60,167 nucleotides of DNA from Nemertoderma westbladi (Eukaryota; Animalia; Xenacoelomorpha), in contig JAUCBJ010006840.1 in NCBI GenBank assembly GCA_032718475.1, positions 1 through 60,167 of the forward strand, written 5' to 3'. The notes beneath the pieces are model-generated. The model was given only the letters and a program-made list of their open reading frames with translations. It made no database searches and was not told where the DNA came from. The position numbers were made by a program, and so were the translations under genes. Below, piece by piece: positions 48,377 to 60,167 of the stretch. Within the stretch, counting starts at the first letter, position 1. Each line of letters opens with the position of its first letter.

Positions 48377-48976
48377 AAATAAAGGAAACAAGTTGATTAT
48401 TGTTTACATTACAGTATACAGTATGTTGTAAGTTGATTATTTGTTTATGTTATAAAATGAAAGTTTATTAATTTAAAGTTAAGGATATTTTGTTAGATGA
48501 AAGATTATTGTGTTATGATTGATTCATATTGCCATTGTTATCAGTTGTTTAATCAGTTGTGTAATTTGAAACTGAGAGTAAATTTTATCGTATGACTGAG
48601 TCTGTAGTATTATATACTCAAGTCATGCACATTGTGCCATTTTCACAGCAAATACAGTATTTACCAGTTGTTTCGGTTTACGTGGATGGGCGTTGTTTGG
48701 GTTGGGAGGTTGGGCGCAGTTTGGGTTAAGAGCTTGGGCGTTGTTTTTTACAATGAATATCATTTTAAATGATTAAATATATAAATGAATTTAATTTAAT
48801 TTAAATGAATTTAACAGTTTGGGTTAAGAGGTTGGGCATATTTTGGGGTAAGATTGTTTTGGTTAGGAGGTTGGGCGTTTTGGGTTAGTTATTTGCAATT
48901 ATTATTTAACCATCCACCTAATAGTGTCCTTAAACAGATTCTTAGCCAACTACGTGGCTCGCCCCACACCTGAAAC

Positions 48977-49200
48977 ATTGGAACTAAATTCGCTTCCATT
49001 GGAACTAAATTTGCTTGCATTGGAACTAAGTTCGCATCCCTTGGGACTAAATTCGCATGCATTGGAACTAAATTCTCTTTCGTTTTTCACTAGTTATTGG
49101 AACTAAGTTCGTCTAAATTGGAACTAAATTCGCCAAAATTGGAACTAAAATCGTTTCCATTGGAACTAAATTCGCATGAGGCTTAAATTGGAATTAAGTA
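48977..49200. repeat. Degenerate ~21-bp repeat (TTGGAACTAAATTCGC...)
   Basis: About 10 copies of the TTGGAACTAAA core. Confidence 0.85.
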
Positions 49201-49586
49201 CGGGGAATCGTGCAGATATAACCCAGGAGAGGGCAGTAAGAACTTTATCACACTACTGCGTGCGAGCTGCGTCATTTAACCATAATATACATACAGTAGT
49301 TACTATGGCACTAGTTAGTAGGCCTACGGTACTGCAGTAGTGCAGTACTGCCTGACTGCTGTTCTGCTCTACTGTACTCCAGTACTCGTATAGGCCTACT
49401 GGTCAAGGCCTACTAGATAATTTGTTTTTTAATAGAAATTTTTTAACTCTACTAGATTATCTAGTAGGTGTAGGCCTTGATACTGGTATAGTCATTAGTC
49501 ATAGTGGTGTAGTGCTGGCTGATTTTGGATTATTAGTTCAACTATCACAGTACAGATCAATTACTGAATTATTACTGTATTATGAT

Positions 49587-49967
49587 ATGATGACTGATTC
49601 AAATGAAATACGGTTTGATGGTGACGGTGAAGAATCATCGGTATCAATATTAACGCAACCCAACCTGAACTTACCTATAGGAGACTCCAGTCAGTTCTTG
49701 TTCCAAACTCTGGGATTAGACGTCCAAACTCTTGGATTGGACGACAATAAACAAAATGAACCACTAACTGATGGCGATGGAACTAGTTGGTGTACTGTTT
49801 GCCGACCAGAACTAACGGGTTGTCATGCCAACCCGATCGGAATCCGCAGACAGACATCCCAGCCGCAGTTCGGCCAGAATCCCGCCGAAGTTAATTTTAC
49901 TGACAGAGAACGTCGTTTAATGATCCACAATCTAAACTTAACGTCACAGTTAGAGATGCAAATGGAG
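49587..49967 (+). CDS. BLZF1: Golgin-45 (BLZF1/JEM-1) first coding exon seen
   Basis: Ends ..DRERRL..L.SQLEMQME|GTGAGT, phase 0, continuing into the VNKEMKRLL exon; start codon uncertain. Confidence 0.65.
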
Positions 49968-51759
49968 GTGAGTTTATCATTGATTATAGCATTAAGCATT
50001 ATACAGGTACAGATTTTAGCTGTACCAGTATACCAGTATACAGGTACCGACTGACCGGTATATGAATATGATGTTACTACTGTCAGACTGCTGGACTGTA
50101 TTTTAATCAACTCCATTTATTTTAACGTATTTTTGCACTAGACATTTATTTTAAAATGATGTTATTATTTAATCAACTCGATCTATTTTAATGTATTTTT
50201 TGCACTATACCTACAGTCAGTCAGTCAGTGGCGTTAAAATAATAAATAGTACTTTTAAGTTACTTTACAGTTCTTATTTCAAATAACATATTTTGTAACA
50301 TATTGTTTTTATTTATCTGTTTACTGTTTATAACATTTGTACTTAGGCAATTCAATGTATGTCACGTGTCTCGTAATGTAATAACTATATGGATACAAAC
50401 TATTATGACAGAAATAAATAATACCAATACCATGCCAGATACCCCCAGTATACGTGTGTGCGAGGTAGAATAAAACGTCTGTCATTATCTGATCTGACAG
50501 TCTGATCTGATCTGATCTGACAGCATCTGATCCTATAACCAATCAGGAGAAAGAAATATAATATTTAACTAACTGTCTGTAAATAGCCCATTGCCCATAG
50601 CCAGTAGCTGAATAAGGGATCACGTTTCACGTTGCCCTGTTATGCATCAGTATCATCATATGAAGTAGCAGTACAGGCATACCGGTATGCATCTAAATGT
50701 ACAAAGGCATATTATTATTCTATTTATATATTAAAAATGCGATATAGGATGAAGGTTTGTTACGCTAAAGGCAGAAAGGGAAGGCAGGAAGGGCAAGGGG
50801 TATCTCTCTAGGCCTACTGTGTAGGCCTAGTGTGTATACTGGTATATGAAGAAACACTTAACATACCCCATATTGCCAGCTGATACAGTGGTGTTTACAG
50901 TATACCCAACCCAGACGATGAAGGAATATCTGAATATGGGAAGGTGGATGGTAATGTGGGAATTAATAAACGCTGTAGTTACCTTCCATTTGAAGGAAAA
51001 GAGCAGGTTACAGCGGCTGTAATTTCTAACCAAAACAATAAACGACGTTGTTACCTATTAATTGAGGGAAAGGAGCAGGTTACAGAGACAGGGTTTTCTA
51101 ACCAAAACAATAAACTATTTTTTTACTTACCAATTGAGGGAAAGGAGAATGTTACCGCGGCTGACTTTTCTAACCAAAACAATAAACAACCAGCGGGCAC
51201 CTTCCCACATTCCCATCCACCCACCCACACATGTGGCAATAATAGGCTGATAAATAACTGAATAATTAGCATAAACATAATTAGTTAAGTACTATTACAG
51301 TATTATGTAGTAGTAAGGTATTCTGGTATTCTTCACATGGGCGAAGAATACCAGACTTTCTGCCGTTATATTTCACTTTGCAGTTCAGCAGTTACCCCCA
51401 TGTGAAGAATACCAGGTTTTCACCAAAAACACAGGTTACAGAAGGGCTGTATATAACCAAAACAATAAACGAATTAGTATATGTCTGTATGTACAAGGTT
51501 ATAAGCTATAAATAAGCTCTCTATAATACACTTAATAAAGATAAATTAAAAAAAAATTAAAATCTTCATATACAAAATTCCAATAAAAGTCGACCAAAAA
51601 GGTAAATCCTGGTATTCTTCACATGGGCCGGCACCAAAATTTGGCACCAGCCGCTAAAAACAAGTTTAAAATTTCTAGCTTATTTTATTTGAATTCGTTT
51701 TAGTTCGTTTCAGTTAGTCTTTTAGTTAGTATCGTTGTTTCAGAGGGGGGGGGGTGTTA

Positions 51760-51997
51760 TATTGACCCCCCTCCCCCCGGGTTTAAGGGGAATACCGGGG
51801 GAAACTTCACATGCTGATATGGGCAGAAACTCCAGTACTCATTCAGCTATCATTTAAGGATGCAAGGCAGATATGCCTCGTTAAACCCTTCAAAACATTC
51901 GTGCCGAAACGAAAACTACCTTGGCCCCCATGCCGGGGTTGAACCCACAACCTCCGCGAGATGTGAATTCAATATAACCACTACACCAAGGTGGGCT
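51760..51997 (-). mobile_element. tRNA-derived SINE-like element
   Basis: - strand A box TGGTGTAGTGG and B box GGGTTCAACCC at tRNA spacing without a full cloverleaf, followed by a non-tRNA body (..AGCTGAATGAGTACTGG..). Confidence 0.5.
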
Positions 51998-52174
51998 CTG
52001 AACCAAGATGGAACAAGTGTCAGATACCGTCAGATCAGATCAGATAAGGACAGACGTTTTAGCCATCCTACGTGTGTGCAGTGTGTACTTGTCAGCTTGT
52101 AGGGTGTAGGCCCTATTACAGTATTACCTGTATACAGATACAGCTATACAATACTGCAATACATGGTATACGGA

Positions 52175-53414
52175 GGGTGCTGGTCACCTCGCCGCACTGC
52201 CACTTCGCCGCAAGTCATCTCGCCGCAGATAATGTGCGGCGAGGTGTCTTGCGGCGAGGTGTCTCACTATAAATGCAATTTCGCCGCAAATTATCGGACA
52301 CCTCGCCGCAAGTCAATATAAATCATTTATTTCTATATTTACACGAAAGCCTACTTATGGCATTGGACATTATTATAAGAAGAAATAAAATAATACGGTA
52401 AGGTTTGTTGTTATATTATATACTGCTGTACTGTATTATATTACATGTTATCATAGATACAGTAAGACTATTTGAGTAACGTATTAGATTATAGTAAAAT
52501 ACGGTCATAAAGATTCATAGAGGACTATGAATGACATATAATGAGTATTCTGACATAGAGGTCAGATCAGAATACGGTCATTGAAGTTGTTTCCATGTCA
52601 TTGATTACGGTACATTGCAGCGTTACGAGTATTTCTCCAGAACACTGTTAAGTTGGCATAATGTACTGTAACAATAACTATTTACGTACATGTACAATGT
52701 ACTAAGTACGGAAACGGAAGTAAGGCAACATAATGTAATAAGGTTAATACAGTAATACTGTATGTTTATGTTAAATCTTAATTACAAATGTAATGTTCTT
52801 AGTGTATTGATATACTTATATTTGTTGTCAGACACTTTTTTTGTTAAGAGCAAAATTATGGTCGAATTACATTTCAAATTAATTTCCATGACATTAATAA
52901 TAATCAATAATATTGCATTAAATATTATAATTTTCTTTAATTTCTTACATTACCTATTTTATTTATTTGTGTGGAATTAATATCGCACTACCAAATCGCC
53001 AGGACAAATTTAAGAAATTCCAACAAATAATTATTTATTACATGGGAAAAAAGTAGAACTTTTTTCACTATTCTCGATCTCGAGGCATTTTTAATACGTT
53101 ACTCAAATACCGGTACTCTTACTGTATCTATAATAATACAGTAATTATAATAGAACAACAAACCTTACCGTCTGACCGTATTATTTTATTTTATTTTATA
53201 ATACATAATGTCCAATGCCATACTGCTATAACTAGGCTTCCCTGTGTAAATATAGAAATAAATGATTAATATTGCCTTGCGGCGAGGTGTCCGATAATTT
53301 GCGGCGAAATGGCATTCACAGTGAGACACCTCGCCGCAAAGACACCTCGCCGCACATTATCTGCGGCGAGGTGACCTGCGGCGAAGTGGCAGTGCGGCGA
53401 GGTGACCAGCACCC
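52175..53414. mobile_element. Mutator-like non-autonomous element with ~300-bp TIRs (intronic)
   Basis: GGGTGCTGGTCACCTCGCCGC ... GCGGCGAGGTGACCAGCACCC; exact 9-bp TSD GTATACGGA (52166-52174, 53415-53423); CTCGCCGCA modules. Confidence 0.92.
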
Positions 53415-53551
53415 GTATACGGACCAGACGCACAGACGCATACAGTTTACCGGTAATGCTTGTTCATTACTTTCTTTCTGTCATTCATTTATTTCTGCCC
53501 CCCAACCAAACAGTAACTGAGTAACGTCTTATTTAATTGATTTGTTTTCAG

Positions 53552-53683
53552 GTTAACAAAGAAATGAAGAGATTATTGATTGCGTCATTTGGCGAAGATT
53601 TACAAGATAAAATCGAAAATCTCGCGCGAGATAAATCTCAACTCTCTCTGGTTATTACTGAGTTAGGCAATAAGGTTTCTACT
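53552..53683 (+). CDS. BLZF1: Golgin-45 exon
   Basis: TTTTCAG|VNKEMKRLLIASFGEDLQDKIENLARDK..LGNKVST|GTGAGT; matches the recalled golgin-45 VNRELKKLLVASVGDDLQ..LAREK. Confidence 0.9.
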
Positions 53684-54235
53684 GTGAGTAACCGTATTGT
53701 GCTCTACCTGTTACTGTTGTACAATTAATGATTATTTTACTGTAGCCCACCGTTATTATTATTACGTTATACGGTTCCATACCCATAATCTGTGTGTTGT
53801 AAGTCAATCTTGCAGCTTAGATTCTTATGTATATTCTATGTAGATTCTTGTGTAAAGTATCACTTTACAGTGTTCTGATCCTCGTGGCTTTATTTTCACC
53901 CACTCACTACGTTCGTTCGTGTAACAAAGCCACTCAGATCATCACACTGTAAAGTGATACTTTACACACAAGTATGTAAATAGTTATTACTTTGTAATAA
54001 AGAATGTATGTAGCTGTTTATTACAAAATTGTAGATTAATCAGTTTTAGGATTAGTAATACAACGATATTGTTGGTAGGTAACTCTAAGTCATACCGGAA
54101 TAAATAAATTATAAATGTAATAAGTTAGATGAAAGTAGAGAAATACTTAATCAATTACGGATAACACCGGTTATATTGAAAAATATCAAGGCCAAAAAAT
54201 ATCGCCAGTAAAATAAGGATATAATATTTGTAATG

Positions 54236-55157
54236 AAACACTAACTACCAACGGAAACACTAACTACCAACGGAAACACTAACTACCAACGGAAACACTA
54301 ACTACCAACGGAAACACTAACTACCAACGGAAACACTAACTACCAACGGAAACACTAACTACCAACGGAAACACTAGCTACCAACGGAAACACTAACTAC
54401 CAACGGAAACACTAACTACCAACGGAAACACTAACTACCAACGGAAACACTAACTACCAACGGAAACACTAACTACCAACGGAAACACTAACTACCAACG
54501 GAAACACTAACTACCAACGGAAACACTAACTACCAACGGAAACACTAACTACCAACGGAAACACTAGCTACCAACGGAAACACTAACTACCAACGGAAAC
54601 ACTAACTACCAACGGAAACACTAACTACCAACGGAAACACTAACTACCAACGGAAACACTAACTACCAACGGAAACACTAACTACCAACGGAAACACTAA
54701 CTACCAACGGAAACACTAACTACCAACGGAAACACTAACTACCAACGGAAACACTAACTACCAACGGAAACACTAACTACCAACGGAAACACTAACTACC
54801 AACGGAAACACTAGCTACCAACGGAAACACTAACTACCAACGGAAACACTAACTACCAACGGAAACACTAACTACCAACGGAAACACTAACTACCAACGG
54901 AAACACTAACTACCAACGGAAACACTAACTACCAACGGAAACACTAACTACCAACGGAAACACTAACTACCAACGGAAACACTAACTACCAACCGAAACA
55001 CTAACTACCAACGGAAACACTAACTACCAACGGAAACACTAACTACCAACGGAAACACTAACTACCAACGGAAACACTAGCTACCAACGGAAACACTAAC
55101 TACCAACGGAAACACTAACTACCAACGGAAACACTAACTACCAACGGAAACACTAGC
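54236..55157. repeat. 19-bp minisatellite (GGAAACACTAACTACCAAC)n
   Basis: About 48 near-perfect copies, intronic. Confidence 0.98.
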
Positions 55158-55500
55158 AATAAACTAAAGTCAATAGAACAGGTTACTGTTTTATTTTTGA
55201 GAATAATCAGCTGTTATTTGCGTCGATGTTCCCCTGGAGAGGAATGAATTTTGATTGCGTCACGAGCCCCCCTACCCTCTATCTATAACAGCTGATTACT
55301 CTCCAAAATAAAACTGTAACCTGCAATATTAACTTTGTAGTTTTGTTTATTGTTTTGGTTAGAATAACGTGTCACTGTAATCTGCTCCTTTCCATTTAGC
55401 ATCAAGACGAATTCGCCGATATGGGGTCTGATTTGCGCCTCCCACCACTCCCTGTCTCCGAAAAACACTAAAAAATAATTCTGATAATTTTCACGTTTAG

Positions 55501-55697
55501 GGAAAAGAACAATTAGATAAACTATCTATCCAATGCGACGTGTGGCGAAGTAAGTTCTACGCAGCTCGGGTCTTGGTAGACGAACTCAATACATGTCGAG
55601 TTCGACTGCGTCATCATTTAGAGTTGGGGAAACGCGCCATCGATGAATTACTGGCGGAATCCAATTCATTAAGAGGAAAGCAAAAAGTAGTCTATAG
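55501..55697 (+). CDS. BLZF1: Golgin-45 exon
   Basis: TTTAG|GKEQLDKLSIQCDVWRSKFYAARVLVDEL..; the SIQCDVWRSKF signature; probable donor AG|GTTAGT. Confidence 0.9.
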
Positions 55698-55755
55698 GTT
55701 AGTGGGCCGCCACAATGTTCTAGATCGACAGTGCGGGGAGAGAGAGAGAGAGATA

Positions 55756-55787
<32 letters not shown>

Positions 55788-56971
55788 GTGCGTTTCTGGT
55801 AGATGTATTTGATTCGATATAAATATACCAATAGTTACTAGTAGGACTCGACCGAGTCGAAATTGGGTCAGTCCTGGGCCAATCCGAAGCTTATAATTCA
55901 GTTCGAATTGTAAGTATTTTTTTAATTTATCCTTTTTAAGTGTTTTATAGCGCTTATTTCTTTCTTATAACCTGAACATAACTAATTCGTCTATTATTTT
56001 TGTTAGATTCAGCCCTTCTTCAATCTAGGTTTTTGTGAAAACCTAGTTTCACATGGGGTAAACTGAAAAATTAAATATAACAGCAGAAAGTCTGGCATAC
56101 TACATATTGGCCGCATAGGTTATTGGATAATTGATAAATAGGTATAATTAGTAATTATTAGCTATTAATACCGTAACGTTACCACCACCAACAACGGACA
56201 CTATAATAAGTTAAACATAATTTGACATCCTTGACTACACACATAGTGTTCTACATACATGGTGTTCTACACACATAGTGTTCTACACACACAGTGTTCT
56301 ATATACATAGTTCTACATTAGGAAGAAATGTTCTGTCTCCTATTTGTTCGAATTAGAAGACCTTTAGGGCTCACTTGTTGAGAGGTCAAGTATATGTGCC
56401 ACTATCTATCTGTCTGTCTGTCTGTATAATAACAAACACCTCAAAAAAATACAGCTTGCCAACACATTATTACTCTGTCAGTCCTTCTTAGGGGTTGACA
56501 GTCTTCTTATAGCCAGCGTGCTGGCCCTCTAGTTGCAAAACGTATGCGTGGTTTTTTCAACGGTCGTTTCCCAATGCAGTAAAGTTATAACATTTTTAAT
56601 GAAACAACTTATAATTTGGCCTTGAATATGACATTCATACGTAATGCAAAGTAGTTGACACTGTTGTCTGTGTTCTTATAGTCAGTTGTCTTTACATTCA
56701 CGATTCACTAACTTTCAATATTTGTTCGTAAAATCTAAAAGATTGTAAAGACTGAAGGACTATTCCAATAAACTCAGATAAACTCGAGTCGGCGAGTCGG
56801 ACAGGAACTGAATTTTATTATTCCGCGTGAATTTTCCTAAGGATTAAGAATGTAGCAGAAATTATGGAATTAATATTTATAAGATTACAGTTCACGTCCT
56901 AACTGGCTCTCGGATTTTTAAGTAAAGGCTTCACTGTTATCATAAAGTGGTACTGATGAAATTTTAATTAT

Positions 56972-57368
56972 TTCCCCGTCGGACATACCAGTTGCCTTTG
57001 CCAGCTCTCCAACACTAGGCCTATATCGTTCAGACGCTTCCCCGTCGGCCATACCAGTTGCCTTTGCCAGCTCTCCAACACTAGGCCTATATCGTTCAGA
57101 CGCTTCCCCGTCGGCCATACCAGTTGCCTTTGCCAGCTCTCCAACACTAGGCCTATATCGTTCAGACGCTTCCCCGTCGGCCATACCAGTTGCCTTTGCC
57201 AGCTCTCCAACACTAGGCCTATATCGTTCAGACGCTTCCCCGTCGGCCATACCAGTTGCCTTTGCCAGCTCTCCAACACTAGGCCTATATCGTTCAGACG
57301 CTTCCCCGTCGGCCATACCAGTTGCCTTTGCCAGCTCTCCAACACTAGGCCTATATCGTTCAGACGCC
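56972..57368. repeat. 60-bp tandem repeat, ~6.5 copies
   Basis: TTCCCCGTCGGCCATACCAGTTGCCTTTGCCAGCTCTCCAACACTAGGCCTATATCGTTCAGACGC-type units. Confidence 0.96.
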
Positions 57369-58410
57369 TGCGAAGGTAACTGGCTGGCTGATCTCTGATT
57401 AATGGCATCCACAGTACGAACGGTGCTGCGATAGAAAATTGAGAGGTTGTTTCTGCAAGATGATGCTCGGTTTTGCAAGTGGGTCGTGTGTTTCATTGGT
57501 AATAGAGGCATAATTTGTGTATGTGAGTTAATGATACTGTGTCCTTCTCAGTTAGACAGGGGCAGTATGGTCTACCATACAATATAATTTCCTCCAGGGC
57601 ACTTCTGAAGAAGTTTCCTTAGTGATATACCGACACCTATCGGCAAATATTCAACGAATCACTTGGTAGTTAATATTGAACTTGATATCAAAAATTAAAC
57701 ATTATTTATTGGCCTATTAAATCTACAAAATCAGTCACATAATAATAAGAGGAAAATCATAGCACAAACCTAAACGTTTTATACTAAGTACGAGGTTCGG
57801 ATATATATATATATATATAATAGCAAATCTATAGGTTGAGATGACATAGATGGCTGCAGATTTTATTTTTTTATATCTTTTTACCTGGTATCATTTTTAT
57901 TTTAATTGGCTTAAGAGACATCAATTTAATACGAAAACGTGGTGTGAGTTGAGTCTGATAGCAGTTAGTTTGTTTATCTAATCCCATAATTTTTATATCG
58001 CACCATTATATCGCTTATAGGATTATTTTAATCGCATAGGTTGATGGATGCAGAGCGAGTTTGTATTCTTATCTCGCCACATAACTTTTGATTGTCTGTA
58101 ATCCGACGGTAATGCGACGGTAATCCGTTATCCTTATTTAAATTATTTATAAATTAATAATATTCAGCAATTTATGTATAAATATTAAAGGGAGTGGGAC
58201 ATTAGTTTTTATAATTTGTCTATATCAGATACACCCAGAGTATTTATTATATTGTGTTTAAGTCATTGGATTTTCGTCTCAACCAACACAACAGCTATAT
58301 ATATCCAATCCAATTATTGTAAAGCAATACATAGTAAATACATGTTGTACGGGTAGTATAAATATGAATGTTACATGGGAAATGCAGAAATGTAAATGAG
58401 TTATTCCGCC

Positions 58411-59196
<786 letters not shown>

Positions 59197-60167
59197 TTAA
59201 CCTGTTAACAAACGCAGAAATAGCAAATAGGCCTATCGGTAATGTAGATCTGTAGATAGATATACCCAGGGCCAGGACAGCAGTATACCGGTACCTGCAC
59301 CTGGGTTGGGTATTGGGAGACGGATACCGGGCCGGCAGACCGGTACAACTTGAAGAGGCAGACCAGTACACAGTCAGACAGTAGTGTAGGTCTTTGTCTA
59401 CTTAAACTGTAAGTAAGAGTGGTAGGCCTATCCACTGATCTACAATCAGGTACCGGTCAACCGGTACCGTACCTCAATCCAGCAACCTGCCAAAAAACAG
59501 GGCCTAGCTTTGGATTGGATGGATTGAATGAACTTTTCCGGTTTTTTTCTACAGGAATAAACATCCCCACTATGAATATGTATAATATTGCAGGTACTGC
59601 AGTCAAGAAAGGCGTAATATATACAGTATATATAGTACGCATATAGTACGTACATATAGTATGTATATAGTACGCATATAGTACGTATATATAGTATGTA
59701 TATAGTATGCCTTGACTGCAGTACTGTATAGTAAAATAAATCTCGGCACAACATAGAGTTCTGTAGTTACAGTATGTAATGTTTCAAATTTCTAACTAGA
59801 AATAAAGCTAGCAAGCTAGCTGTAAAAGAAACTGCCTAAAATTAACAAGAAAAAGACCTAATCTGGGGTCGAACTCAGTACTTTACTATAACAATAACAT
59901 CCCATGTCTAGTCTAACGCTTTACCAGATAGGGGGAAACTGGACGCAATAAAATTCATCCCTCTCCAGGGGGAATTCGACGCAAATAACTGCTGATTACT
60001 CTCAAAAATAAAACTGTAACCTGTTCTATTGTGTTTAGTTTATTGTTTTGGTTAAAATAACGTGCCACTGTAACCTGCTCCTTTCCCTAAATTGAGAATT
60101 TAACATTGAGGCGGGATATTAATTCGCCAAGGCGGGATTTGCGTCCAGTCCCCCCCCCCCCCCCCCC

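Noticed and set aside
56918-57511. 197-aa ORF with 20-aa repeats
   Set aside because: Openness is explained by the 60-bp repeat; no recognisable domain.
59855-59932. tRNA-like sequence on the - strand (TGGTAAAGCG..GAGTTCGACCC)
   Set aside because: Acceptor and anticodon stems do not pair; at most a decayed tRNA or SINE head.

Overview
Repeat-rich animal (probably invertebrate) genomic DNA. Four host genes are supported: TCEANC2 (12006-13097, +); a two-exon ROCO GTPase with an NHR-Roc-COR-Death-TIR architecture and a C-terminal CaaX box (34447-29682, -); three exons of golgin-45/BLZF1 (+); and PDCD6/ALG-2 with a PSAP-repeat N-terminus (-). The rest is mostly mobile and repetitive DNA: RTE-like LINE pieces, Mutator/foldback and other MITEs, several minisatellites, a 6.2-kb 52-bp satellite and two different BEL/Pao-type LTR elements. 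The most unusual signal is in these LTR elements. Both encode Gag-protease followed only by in-frame stubs of pol, with no RT or integrase core. The complete, very young copy (36175-48027; 1235-bp LTRs; GTCGT target duplication) has no tRNA primer-binding site. Instead, the 12 nt directly after its 5' LTR are perfectly complementary to a sequence inside its own LTR, within a ~67-nt imperfect duplex, which suggests Tf1-like self-priming. It also carries an extra triple zinc-knuckle ORF. All calls are made by eye from motifs; no database searches were run.
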